This document shows positions 38,698 through 51,798 of a stretch of DNA of 64,000 nt, in pieces. Source of the DNA: Mobula hypostoma (lineage: Eukaryota). The notes under the pieces were generated by a model, which ran no database searches, was not told the DNA's origin, and saw only the letters and a program-made list of their open reading frames with translations. The first letter of the stretch is position 1; each line of letters starts with the position of its first letter. Made by a program: the position numbers and the translations under genes. Location of the stretch: positions 177,322,001 through 177,386,000 of the forward strand of contig NC_086097.1 in NCBI RefSeq assembly GCF_963921235.1, read 5' to 3'.

Positions 38698-41680
38698 CAA
38701 GTCAAGTCAAGTCACTTTTTATTGTCATTTCGACCATAACTGCTGGTACAGTACACAGTAAAAATGAAACAACGTTTCTCAGGACCATGGTGCTACATGA
38801 AACAATACAAAAACTACACTGAACTACGTAAAACAACACAAAAACTACACTAGACTACAGACCTACCCAGGACTGCATAAGGTGCACAAAACAGTGCAGG
38901 CATTACAATAGATAATAAACAAGACAATATGCACAGTAAAGGGCAGTAGGTTGGTGTCAGTCCAGGCTCTGGGTATTGAGGAGTCTGATGGCTTGGGGGA
39001 AGAAATTGTTACATAGTCTGGTCGTAAGAGCCCGAATGCTTCAGTGCCTTTTTTCAGATGGCAGGAGGGAGAAGAGTTTGTATGAGGGGTGCGTGGGGTC
39101 CTTCATAATGCTGTTTGCTTTACGGATGCAGCATGTGGTGTAAATGTCTCTAATGGCAGGAAGAGAGACCCCGATGATCTTCTCAGCTGACCTCACTATT
39201 CGCTGCAGGGTCTTGTGATCTGAGACAGTGCAATTTCCGAACCAGGCAGTGATGCAGCTGCTCAGGATGCTCTCAATACAACCTCTGTAGAATGTGGTGA
39301 GGATCGGGGGTGGGAGATGGACTTTCCCCAGCCTTCACAGAAAGTAGAGACGCTGCTGGGCTTTCATTGCTATGGAGCTGGTGTTGAGAGACCAGGTGAG
39401 ATTCTCTGCCAGGTGAACACCAAGAAATTTGGTGCTCTTAACGATCTCAACATAGGAGTCGTTGATGTTCAGCGGAGAGTGGTCGCTCTGTTTCCTCCTG
39501 AAATCAACAACCATCTCTTTTCTTTTGTTCACATTCAAAGACAGGTTGTGGGCTCTGCACCAGTCCATTAGCCGCTGCACCTCGTCTCTGTATGCTGACT
39601 CATCATTCTTGCTGATGAGACCCACCATGGTCGTGTCATTGGTGAACTTGATGTGGTTCGAGCTGTGTGTTGCAGCACAGTTGTGGGTCAGCAGAGTGAA
39701 CAGCAGTGGACTGAGCACACAGCCCTGGGGGGCCCCATGCTCAGTGTGATAGTGTTGGAGATGCTGCTTCCAATCCGGACTGACTGAGGTCTCCCAGTCA
39801 GGAAGTCTAGGATCCAGTTGCAGAGGGAGGAGTTCGGGTCCAGTAGGCTCAGCTTTCCAATCAGTTTCTGAGGAATGATTGTGTTGAATGCTGAACTGAA
39901 GTCTATGAACAGCATTTGAACGTACGTGTCTTTTTTGTCCAGGTGGAGGGTGATGGCAATGACATCGTCTGTTGAACGGTTGGGACGGTACACGAACTGC
40001 AGGGGGTCCAGTGAGGGGGGCAGCAGGGTCTTGATGTGCCCCATGAAAAGCCTGTCGAAACACTTCATGATGATAGATGTTAGTGTAACGGGACAGTAGT
40101 CATTGAGGCAGGATACTTCGGCACTCCTTTGGCTGCTCGGAGATGTTGAAGATGTCAGGGAGAACATCTGCCAGCTGGTCTGCAGATCCTTTGAGCACTC
40201 TGCCAGGAATATTGTCTGGTCCAGCAGCCTTCCGTGGGTTGACCCTGCACAGGGTTCTCCTCACATCAGCCACGTGTCGCCGCTGCCCTGGAAGTGGCTG
40301 TGGATTCACTGGGCGTGTGTACGCTTTGCCTCTCTGATGGCCCGGGACAGCTTGGCCTTCGCTGTTGTTAGGGCTGCCTTGTCGCCAGCTCTGAAGGCGG
40401 AGTCATGGGTCCTCAGCAACGCATGCACCTCTGCGGTCATCCATGGCTTCTGGTTAGCACGTTTAGTGATGGTCTTGGCCACAGTGTCATCATCGATGCA
40501 CTTGCTGATGTAGCTAGTCACTGAGGCCGTGTACTCCTCTAAGTTGGTAGAGATGCCATTGGTTGCGGCCTCCCTGAATATGTGCCAGTCAGTGTGCTCA
40601 AAGCAGTCTTGAAGAGCAGAGATGGCTCCTGCTGGCCAGGTTTTCACCTGCTTCTGAACTGGTCTGGAGCGCCTGACAAGTGGTCTGTATGCTGGGATTA
40701 GCATAACAGAGATGTGGTCTGAGTAGCCAAGGTGGGGGCAGGGCTCCACTGGTGCGCGTCGGGAATGTTTGTGTAAACAAGGTCCAACATGTTCTCACCT
40801 CTCGTTGCAAAGTCCACGTTCTGATGGAATCTGGGGAGCACTGACTTAAGGTTTGCATGGTTAAAATCTCCGGCGACAATAAACAGTCCATTAGGGTGTG
40901 TGTTCTGCAGTTCGCTGATAGCCCCATACAGTTCACAGGGCGCCTCCTTAGCATTAGTGCTGTGGGGACTGTAGACACTGACTATAAGGACAGTGGTGAA
41001 TTCCCATAGTAGATAAAATGGTCTGCATCTAACAGTCACAAACTCTACTAGCGATGAGCGGTATCTGGAAACCAGCACAGAGTTCTTACACCATTCCGTA
41101 TTGACGTAAACACACAAGCCACCACGCGAATCTTACCGGAAAGAGCTGCATCCCTATCTGCTTGAAACAAGACAAGCCCATCCTGGTGGATGGCGATGTC
41201 CGGGATTCCACCGGTGAGCCACGTTTCTGTGAAAACTTACGCACAGCAGACTCTGTACTCCCACCGAGTATTTCGTTGGAGTCGGATGTAGTCCAATTTA
41301 TTGTCCAGGGAGCGGACATCGGAGAGCAGAATGGACGGGAGAGCCGGCCGGCTAGGGTTTGCTTTTTGCCTGGAAACGGACTCCTGCCCGCTTGCCTCAC
41401 TTCCACTTCCTCGCACACTGCTTACGACGTCTCTACCTCCACCGACATCAGGCGACTCCGACGTATGTAGGCCCGAACTCCTCAGCAAGCCAAGGTCGCG
41501 TAATTTAACCAGCAGATCTTCATGAAGGTTTGTTTTTGGGCCATCTCTGTATTGCAGCAGTATCTGGCCACGGTAGATAGTCGCTCTGTTATCCATGTGC
41601 CCGAATCAAAAATTGTGCCTTAAAATTAAATTAAAGTAACACCAGATCCGAAAAGCAGCAGCTACCGTGCTGCACCACCC
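38698..41680 (-). mobile_element. Near full-length Rex1/Babar LINE (APE + RT), inserted into an older Rex copy (38320-38697 and 41681-41990)
   Basis: APE motifs LPSILLSDVRSLDNK, AGDFNHA and SDH. RT motifs [17 protein letters not shown] and [12 protein letters not shown]. (CTTGA)n tail at 38698-38715. TGTT flanks both ends. Frameshifts and internal deletions near 40130 and 40290. Confidence 0.93.
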
Positions 41681-42224
41681 TGTTAGACAAGGACAGGGTA
41701 TTGGTGATGTTCACTCCTAGGAATGAAGCTCTGTACCCTTTCAACCTCAGCCTGTAAATGTAGACAGAATGTACAGCAACCTCCTTCCTGAAATCAATCA
41801 CCAGCTTTTAATGTGCTCACGTTGAGGGAAAGCTTGACGACATGACACCATATCACCAAGCTCTCTTTCTCCCTCCTGTACTCTTATTTGAGTTTCAGCC
41901 CACTACAGTGGTGTCATCTGCAAATGTGTAGATGGACTTCAAGCAGCTTCTGATCACACTGTCATGGGAGTACAGTAGACGGCCGAGTAGGGGGTATGAG
42001 GAGAAGAGTGGATAGTCATCACAATCTGGAGCCTACTGCCTGTAAGGATGGCAAAAACAGAGTCAACCAGAGCCTTCGAATGGAAATTAGATAGGCACAC
42101 AAGGGGAAATAACTTAGAAGGCTACAGGGGAGGATTGTGGGAATGAGACTGACAGGGTGGGTCTCCAAGGAGATGGCATAGACTCGTTGAGTCAAATAGC
42201 AGCCTTCTGCATGATGATATTTCA

Positions 42225-42368
42225 ATTCTCATCAAGAGGCACGACTCCCTCCTCCAGCACTGTAATATTCGCCTCTATTTTGGTGCTCAAATCTCTGGAG
42301 TGGGACTTGATCCCACAACATTCTGACTCAGATTATCTGAAAATATAGCAAATGAGCCAAAGCTGACT
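42225..42368 (-). mobile_element. Ancient tRNA-derived SINE fragment (DeuSINE/SacSINE1-like)
   Basis: Reverse complement reads GTCAGCTTTGGCTCA...CTGAGTCAGAATGTTGTGGGATCAAGTCCCACTCCAGAGATTTGAGCAC, resembling the shark DeuSINE head as recalled. Confidence 0.55.
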
Positions 42369-42673
42369 CCAGCAACAGCCTATTACATCTCATTGATTTT
42401 TCTTCAGTTATAAATTCAGACAATGTGAACACAAAGAAAAATACCGACACTTACCGTCCACAATCCTCCCTACACTGAGGGGGAGGTTAAGAGCCAAGCA
42501 GCTTGGTAGGTTTGCAGTCACACATAGATCAGACTGGGTAAGGACAGCAGATTTTCTTCTCAAGAGAACATTAGAGACCTGGTGGAGTTTTAACCACAAT
42601 CAAACACCATCATTGTTACCATTGTTGGAACTTTAAAGGCATACTTCTAAACAAAATTCAGGTTTATTTAAGC

Positions 42674-43685
42674 ACAATGGATTGGTCCATTGGTTAATCG
42701 GAGTAGCTGCTTATTTGGGACAAATCTTAAAGAATAAAAACTAATCGAGAAAATAGCTGGGATTCCCTTTCTTTATTTGGGGCACTATGGTGCTTAATTG
42801 GGATAGAAGATTGTTGCCAAACAGTTTCTAACTAGCAGCAGTCACATGAATCTAAATGTTTGTTAGACACTACACCATGCTCAGAGCAAACAGTTTTTAA
42901 ATAGCATCATTTGTGTGTGTTTCTGTTTAAAAAGCAATGATTTTTGTCACTGATAGCTGGTTAGAATTTAGACAATTTAGAAATGTTTTGCTCACACAGT
43001 TTTAAGCATTCGTGCTTGGAGATGCCAGAAACGGTGGGAGCGAAAATAAAAATGAAAAAAAATACTTCCAAAGAATTGACAATCATCTTGAACGTTACAA
43101 TGAAAATTAAGACTTGAAGGATGCAATCATCGAAAGCACTGTATGAAGGCAGTCCATCAACTGCACTGGGTGTCTGTGCTAATTTTGTTCATTTACAATC
43201 AATCAAAAGAACACAGCCACGTGTTGGTTGTCCATTGTATCCAACAATGACAATGAATCCTACGCAGGAGAGTCTCTAAAGTGTAAAAGCCATTGCACTG
43301 TGACAGTTCCATTCTCTCAACCTTGGAAGTCCAGGTCCAAAACTACTACTCGTCAACACAAACTGGGTCTTCCTTGGTTGTCATGGAAAACCACAACTTC
43401 TTCTGTGCCTTATCATGCCACTTGCTCTTCACAAAGCGTTGCAGATTCACCTTCTTGGCTGTTGGACCTCACTGTGATCTCATCCACCCAGTCCGCTGCA
43501 GCTAACTTCACATGCTAGGACAGCTATGACCATATTTCACCAGGGTACGAAGCCTGCCGGTTATCCTCCCCTGGTTTAGACTACCTGTCAAAGCAGTGTC
43601 ACAACCAAACAGCTAATTGGGCCAGTTGCTTAACTGGGCCAAAATGTACTGGTCCCAATGTGTCCTAATTAACAGGAATTCTCTG
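42674..43685. mobile_element. Tigger/pogo-like non-autonomous DNA element containing an RTE-like insert (~43225-43600), splitting an older SINE (42500-42630 and 43695-43775)
   Basis: Right end GTCCTAATTAACAGGAATTCTCTG|TA and degenerate left end CAATGGATT..GGTTAATCGG. Subterminal TAATTGGG/TATTTGGG repeats occur at both ends. Confidence 0.55.
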
Positions 43686-45151
43686 TACCTGGTTTAATAT
43701 TCCCCAGCTGTGATGGTGAGATTCGAACGATTGTCTCCAGATTAATGATCCAGAACCTGGTTTTCGGTCCAATAAAGTAGATGTGAATAACAGATAAGTT
43801 ACTTGATTACATTATAGGGCACATCCCTCCTCACCATCAACAGTATCAACAAAAGATGCTGCCACAAGGAGGCAACATCCATCATTAAAGATCCCCACCA
43901 GTTGGGCCATGCCATCTTCCCACAACTGCTATCGGGCAGGAGGTACAGAAGCCCGAAATCCTACACCACCCCAGGTTCAACAACAATGACTTCCTTCAGC
44001 CATTCAGTTCTTGAACCAACCAGCACAACCCTAATCACTACAGAGAAGCTGTACTCTGCTGACTTTGATTATTTTGCACTAAAAAGGGCATATTTAAATT
44101 CTAATGGTATTATTTCTTGTAAAAATTGTGTTTAATTTATGTTTTTCTAATGAATGTTGTTTATGTAATACTATGTGCCTGTGATACTGCTGCAGGTAAG
44201 TTTTTCATTGCACCTGTACATACAGGGACTTGTGCACAAATCAATAAACTGAACTTTGACCTGATTTGTGCTTCAGGTGACCAAACAAACTTCATAATAA
44301 AACGACTGCCCAGGCATTTGTCCATGCTGTAGATAATTATCTGCATCTTTCTAGCCATCTCCCTGCCTGCCCCAGTTCCCATTCTCCCGTGGCTCTCCAA
44401 TGGATTTTGAGGGATGTCTGCATTGTCCTGCTGAATGATAAAGGTTGAGAAAGAATGAGAGCTCAGGCACGGAATACTAACCTTATGGTAAGGGAACTGG
44501 AATATAATAACAATTACATTTTGAACAGGGTGTTGGTGAGACCACACGGGGGAATACCCATATAGATTTTGTCTCTTTATACCTCCATTGACCTACCAAT
44601 ACTGAAAGGTCTGGGTAGAGCGGATGTGAAAAGGGTATTTCCATTAGTAGGAGAGTCTAGGATCTGAGGGCACCACCTCAAAATAAAGGGATATCTCATT
44701 AAAACTGAGATGAGGAATTCCTCCTGTGAAAATTGTGGAGTTTGTTACCACAGACGGTTGTGGAGACCAAGTTATTGTGTGTATTTATGGCAGATATTGA
44801 AAGGTTAAGGGTTAAGGGGTAGAAGGTGGGGTTAGGTAAGGACAAATCATCCATGATTGAATGGCGGAGCAGACTCAAAGGGCCAAATGGGCAAATTCTG
44901 TTTCTATATCTTAAGGTCTTCTGATCTTGTTTAAGGAGGAACACACCAGCACTAGAGGCAGCTCACTGGGTTGATTCCTAGAAAAAGAAAATCAACTAGT
45001 AGATTAACATTGTAGTCAATCTAAAGCTACCCAAATAATTTTCACTTTTCAGGAACTTTGCTTTTTTCCTGTTAATATCAGGATTGGGCATTTGTATTGG
45101 TCATTCCTAGAGCCAATTTAGTTACAGAGCAATACAGCACAGAAACAGAAC

Positions 45152-45540
45152 CTTTAAAGAGGGACATAGTTAGGCTAAGCACATTCATGCTCTTTCACTG
45201 GGAAAGGGAATCAAACACTCAGGGAAATAGGCTTAAGGGAAAGGGACTAACCAGTCCACGCTGACTAAGATTTCCATCTAAACTAATCCCGTTTGCCTCC
45301 ATTTGGCCCATAGCCCTCTAAACCCTTCCTATCCATGGATTTGTCCAAATGTCTTTTAAACGTCAGTACTGCCCCTGCCTCAACTGGTTTCTCAGGCAAC
45401 TCGGTCCATATACAAACCATCCTCTGGGTGAAGTTGCCCCACAGGTCCCTTTCCCTTAAGCCTATTTCCCTGAGTGTTTGATTCCCTTTCCCAGTGAAAG
45501 AGCATGCATGTGCTAAGCCTAACTATGTCCCTCTTTAAAG
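45152..45540. repeat. 96-bp inverted repeat pair (45152-45247 and 45445-45540) within an old CR1 tail
   Basis: Manual alignment gives 94/96 identity between arm 1 and the reverse complement of arm 2. Confidence 0.93.
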
Positions 45541-45618
45541 CAGGGGTTCCCATCCTGGGCTCCACAAGCCCTCCGTTAATGGTGGGGTCCATGACATTAA
45601 AAGGGTAAGGAACCCCTG
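45541..45618. mobile_element. 78-bp hAT-Charlie-type MITE with 8-bp TSD CTTTAAAG
   Basis: TIRs CAGGGGTTCC and GGAACCCCTG. CTTTAAAG at 45533-45540 and 45619-45626. Confidence 0.9.
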
Positions 45619-46029
45619 CTTTAAAGAAACCCTTCAGTCTCCTACAAGCCAAGAAATGAAGTTTCAGCCATTCCCCCTTTGGTTTTATTTTTGCATATCC
45701 TGACCTTCTCAGTAGGCCAGACCATACATGTCACCCAGTTTTTCCAACACTTTACACAGAGGAGTGTCACTATCCATTCAATGGCGACATCATTTCACCC
45801 ATTCCATTAGGGACATTCTGCTTCTTCCACCCTTTACCCTCCCTCACCTACTCTGCTACTCGGACCAACTTGGTTTCCCACTTTCTCAGTTCTGATCAAG
45901 CGTCTTCAACTGGCTCCTTTTTCCATAGAGGCTGCTTGGTGGGCTGAGATCTTCCAATATTTCTGTCGTTGCTTGAAGATATACACGCTGGAATTAGAAG
46001 AATGGGAGATGAATAGAATGGACAAAGTC

Positions 46030-46270
46030 ACAATGAGGAAAAGAGCAGGTGGAGAAAGAGAAAGGCAGAGAAAAGGCAGCAGAAAAATAATGAGGGGAGA
46101 GAGAGTGATGAAAGAGAAAAGAAGAAGGAGAGGGGAGGGGGGAGAGGCCGAGAGGGGGAAGGAGAGAGGGAGAGAGGGAGGGGAAGAGAGAGGAAAAGGG
46201 AGAGAGGGAGGGAGAGAGGGAGAGGGAGGGAGAGAGACAGACAGAGACAGAGAGAGAGGGAGGAGACAGG
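46030..46270. repeat. Purine-rich (GA) low-complexity tract
   Basis: Almost exclusively G and A, with (GGGAGAGA)n and (GACA)n runs. Confidence 0.9.
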
Positions 46271-46825
46271 GTTTGAGAAACCATAAATATATTGACAGAG
46301 GGAGACCAAGTTCAAAACCTGTCTGAAATTGATCGGGGTCAAACGTTCAAACTATCAGCACGACATTTCAAGGAGATGTAATGCGTACCAGTAGGAAAGG
46401 AATGAGTGGGCTAATCAGATTAGGTAAAAATTAAGTCAATGACCACACTCATTTATGATGAAATTGTTCATCATGAGTAATCTAGTCAGCCCACTCAGTT
46501 TCCTTGTAATACTCCCTGCTTAGACCATGTTAAAATCAATCCAGCAAATAATTAGGCAAATAAGTTATAAAAATGGATATGTGCTAGCTTGTGTTTCTTT
46601 TGTAATTAGCTTTGAAGTGAGAATGTTTTGACTTTGAAAATCATCAACAATTGATTTTCGGGATACTCTCCTGCTTTCACTCCTGCAGGTGGTGATCCTA
46701 CCAGAAAATGAATCTATCTTTCCCAAAGGCACTGTTCAGTTTTGGTTACCGTGCCATGGGATACAGGCTACTAAACTGGTATAACGGCAGAGGAGGTTTA
46801 CAAGGATACTGCCAGGACTCAAGGG

Positions 46826-48656
46826 ACAGAAGAAAAAATTAGTAAAGACCAAAGTTGAGCCCTTGAAGACAGAAACAGCTGAAATTATTATGGGGAACAA
46901 GGAAATGGCAGATGAGCTGAACAGGTACTTTGGATCTGTCTTCACTAGGGAAGACACAAACAATCTCCCAGATGTAATAGTGGCCAGAGGACCTAGAGTA
47001 ACAGAGGAATTGAGGAAATTTGCAATAGGCAGAAAATGGTGTTGGGTAAACTGATGGGACTGAAGGCTGATAAATCCCCAGGGCCTGGTGATCTACATCC
47101 CAGGGTACTTAAGGAGGTGGCTCTAGAAATCGTGGACGCATTGGTAATCATTTTCCAATGTTCTATAGACTCAGGATCAGTTCCTGCGGATTGGAGGGCA
47201 GCTAATGTTATCCCACTTTTTAAGAAAGGAGGGAGAGAGAAAACAGGAAATTATAGACCAGTTAGTCTGACATCAGTGGTGGGGAAGATGCTGGAGTCAA
47301 GTATAAAAGATGAAATAGCGGCATATTTGGATAGCAGTAGCAGGATAGGTTTGAGTCAGCATAAGTTTACAAAGAGGAAATCATGCTTGACTAATCTTCT
47401 GGAATTTTTTAAGGATGTAACTATGAAAATGGACAAGGGAGAGCCAGTGGATGTAGTGTACCTGGACTTTCAGAAAGCCTTTGATAAGATCCCACATAGG
47501 AGGTTAGTGGGCAAAATTAGAGCACATGGTATTGGGGGTAGGGTACTGACATGGATAGAAAATTGATTGGCAGACAGGAAACAAAGAGTAGGGATTAATG
47601 GGTCCTTTTCAGAATGGCAGGCAGTGACTAGTGGGGTACCACAAGGCTCGGTGCTGGGACCGCAGCTATTTACAATATACATTAATGATTTAGATGAAGG
47701 GATTAAAAGTAACATTAGCAAATTTGCAGATGACACAAAGCTGGGTGACAGTGTGAAATGTGAGGAGGATGTTATGAGAATACAGGGTGACTTGGACAGG
47801 TTGGGTGAGTGGGCAGATGCATGGCAGATGCAGTTTAATGTGGATAAATGTGAGGTTATCCACTTTGGTGGCAAGTACAGGAAGGCAGATTACTATCTGA
47901 ATGGTGTCAAGTTAGGAAAAGGGGAAGTACAACCAGATCTGGGTGTCCTTGTTCATCAGTCACTGAAAGTAAGCATGCAGGTACAGCAGGCAGTGAAGAA
48001 AGCTAATGGCATGTTTGCCTTCATAACAAAGGGAGATGAGTATAGGAGCAAAGAGGTCCTTCTGCAGTTTTACAAGGCCCTGGTGAGACCCCACTTGGAG
48101 TATTGTGTGCAGTTTTGGTCTCCAAATTTGAGGAAGGACGTTCTTGCTATTGAAGGAGTGCAGCGTAGGTTCGCTGGGATAATTCCAGGGATGGCGGGAA
48201 TGTCATATGTTGAAAGATTGGAGCAACTGGGCTTATATACACTGGAATTTAGAAGGATGAGAGGGGATCTGATTGAAACATATAAGATTATTCAGGGGTT
48301 GGACACACTAGAGGCAGGAAACATGTTCCCGATGTTGGGGGAGTCCAGAACCAGAGGCTACAGTTTAAGGATAAGGGGTAGACCATTTAGAACGGAATTG
48401 AAGAAAAACTTTTTCACACAGAGCGTTGTGGTTCTGTGGAATGCTCTGCCTCAGAAGGCAGTGGAGGCCAATTCTCTGGATTCTTTCAATAAAGAGTTAG
48501 ATAGAGCTATTAAAGATAGCGGAGTCAAGGGATATGGGGAGAAGGCAGGAACAGGGTACTGACTGTGGATGAACAGCCATGATCACAGTGAATGGAGGTG
48601 CTGGCTCAAAGAGCCGAATGGCCTACTCCTGCACCTATTGTCTATTGTCTATTGTC
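46826..48656 (+). mobile_element. 5'-truncated CR1 LINE (RT region plus 3' UTR), nested in an older CR1 (46750-46825 and 48657-49085)
   Basis: ORFs 46863..47054, 47036..47566 and 47567..48562 encode CR1 RT. Tail (CTATTGT)n. Confidence 0.95.
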
Positions 48657-49379
48657 TCATTTATGGAGAAAGGTAGGGTAGGCTAGGACTGTTTTTGTTG
48701 GAGCATAGAAAAATGAGGGGCAATCTTATAGAGAGGTGTAAATTCATGTGGAGCATAAATAGGGTGAATACACACAGTCTTCTTCTCAGTATAGGGGAAA
48801 TTAAAAACTCAAGGGCATAGATTTAAGGTGAGAAGGGAGAGGTTTACTAAAAAACTCAAGGGCAAATCTTTTTCACCCAGAGGATATCCCGAAAATGGAA
48901 TGAGTTGCCAGAGAAAGGGAGGCAGGTACATCTATAACATTTAAAATGGATTTGGGCAGGTAAATGGATAGGTAAGCTTTAGAGGGATAAGGACCAAACA
49001 TGGGAAAATGGGACTACCTTGGTTTACATGGACCTGTTGAACTTAAGAGCCTGTCTCTATGCTGTATGACTCCTTGACTCTACTGTGTTTCTTAACTTTC
49101 TGCAACATTCCTATATCGAATGCTTTCTGAATTTCCAAATAACCACATCAATTGCTTTGTCCTTATCTGTTAGAAGATTTTTTTCAGTTGTTGCTAACAG
49201 AACAGATATGTCAAATATGATTTCCTTTTCATAAATCCACACAGACTCTAGTGAATCTTATTAAAACGTCCTAGGTAGTCTGCAAGCACTTCCTAATAAA
49301 TGTTTCCAGCAATTTTCGCACTACCAGTTTGAGACTACTGGCTTTAGTTCCAAATTTTCTCTTTCCTTTTTGAAGTAGT

Positions 49380-51080
49380 AGACATGGAGAGGACGCTTCC
49401 ATCAGTAGGAAAGTCTAGGATCCAGGGGCCACCCTCAGAATAAAGGGTGCCCTTTTAGAACTGAGATGCAGAGGAATTTCTTCTGCCAGAGAGTGGCACA
49501 TCAGTGGAATTCATTGCCACCGAGGGCTACAAAAGTCAAGTCATTGGGTGTTTTAAGGCTGAGATTGATAGGTTCATTACTGGTGAGGGGGGTTAAAGTT
49601 TACATGCAGAAAGCAGTTGGGAAATCAGCTACGACTGAAGTGCAGAGCAGACCCGAAAGAGCAAATGGTCTAACTGCCCCTGTATCCTATTGTTGCACAA
49701 CCTGTGGAATTTTGGAAGCTGACAAACAGTATTTCAATCTCCCTGACTAACATTTCCAAATCATACAGATACAGGTTAATAAGTCACATGAATTAACTGG
49801 TTTTCCATCATAATTTTTCTAGTTTTATTTAATGATTGACAATTTCTTTGAGCTCTTTGTTTACTCCAGACATCCAGATACCACTAATTCTGAAAGGTTT
49901 TCTATCAATTCTTCAGTGACAGCAGGTATTGGCAGTGGTTTATAATTATTGCATATATGGAGACATAATAAAAGTTTTTATTTATATGCCATCCATCCAT
50001 AAGTATATGGAAATAATATAAAGAAATCTGAATGCAGAATATAGCGTAGAGTAGCTGAGAAATTGCATTGCAGTGAAGATAGACTGGTAAAGTGTAAGTC
50101 ACAATGAATAGATTGGGAAATCAAATGTTCATCCTTAGCAAATGAGAGGTCTCTTCGAAATTCGGAAACTAGTGGGATGGAAATTCTTGAGCCTGGTTGG
50201 CCTGGTGACATATGTTTTCAAACCTTTGTATTTTCTGCCTGACGAGAGACAGAAGATGAGGGAATGTCCAAGATGGGATGGGTCCTTCATATATATTTAA
50301 TTGCACTGCCATTTCACCATTCTCTGATATGATTAGACCATCACCAATTTTTATCAGTGCATAATGTTAAGCATCCTATCTGGATGCACCACAGTTTGGT
50401 ATGCCAACTGCTCTGCCCAAGAACAAATGAAATTGCAGAGAATTGTAGACACGGCTCAGTACATCATGGACTCTGTCAACACTTCCCACAAGTTCAGTAA
50501 AGCAACCAGTGCAATCAAATATCCCCCCACCTTAGACGTTCTCTCTTCTCTCCCCTCCCATGGGGCAGCAGATTCAAATGCCCTAAAATATATACCACAA
50601 GGCTCAAGAAGAGCTTCTGTTCCACTGTTATAAGACTACTGACCTTGCAATTTACCTGATTATGGCCTTGTACCTTACCCTCTGTCTGCACTGCTACACT
50701 TTATTTTGCATTTGGTTATTACTTTTTCCTTTTATTACTTCAATGTACTGATGGGATGAAATGAGCTTTGTGCAAAACAAAGGTTTTCACTGTACCTCGG
50801 TACAGTGACAATAATAAATCAATTTACCAATTTATGAATTTGTAAATTGGTAAATTGGTTTATTGTTGTTTCATGGACCAAGACACAGTGAAAACCCTGT
50901 CTTGCATTCTATTCCTACAGATCCATTCATTATAACAATGATTGAGGGAGTACAACAGAAAACAATAACAAAATGCAGAATGAAGTGTTACATTTACAGA
51001 GAAAGTGCAGAGCAGGCAGACAATAAGATAATAAGTATACCATAAGGAGGTAGATTGTGAGGTCAGGAGTTCATTCATTG
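49380..51080. mobile_element. Old CR1 3' end (49380-49690+) and Rex1/Babar fragments (49965-50290-, 50335-50825+, 50835-51080-)
   Basis: RNFF.QRV..WNSLP and SILSGC.TVWY.NCS motifs, with typical tails. Confidence 0.7.
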
Positions 51081-51798
51081 TACAATTTAATTTCTCCATC
51101 TCATTCTGATGGCTCTCACATTAACTATAATAATCATTCCTTTTCACACATCCATAGAAATTCATACAATCTGTTGTCACGTTTCATGGTAAATCACTCC
51201 TTTATTCTTTTTTCACTTTTCTTACCAATGCCTTTTGCTATTTTTTCCTAATTTGCTAATTTTGGAAATGCTGCTCTTTAAGGACAACTTTAGGTGTGGT
51301 ACAGTGGTGCAGATTGTCAAGCCATTGCCTCAGAGCACAGCAGACCTGGTTCAATCTAATACGAATTTGCTAATGGTATAATGGTAAACTAACATAGGCT
51401 AATGATTAATGAATCAATACATAGAACACATGTACTTTGTATCCCCTTGGAGTAAAAATAATCCAACCAATTTTCCAGTCGTTGCTTTGTAGCATTAAAG
51501 GTAGAATGAGAACAAAGGAAATAATGGAAGCTACGACACAGAAACAAGACCCTTCACCTTACCGAGGGCTGGGCTAAAGGTGAAGAGACATGTACTGTTA
51601 CAGGGAGTCTGAAGAAAGACTTGGACAGGTTGGGAGAGTGGGCATTGAAGTGGCAGATGGTATACAGCATAGGAAAGTGTGAGGTTATGTATTTTGGTAG
51701 GAAAAATAGAAGTGTAGAATATTTTCTAAATGGGAAGAAAATTCAGAACAAAGGAACTTGGGAGTCCTATTTAAGCATTCCCTTAATGTTAATTCACA

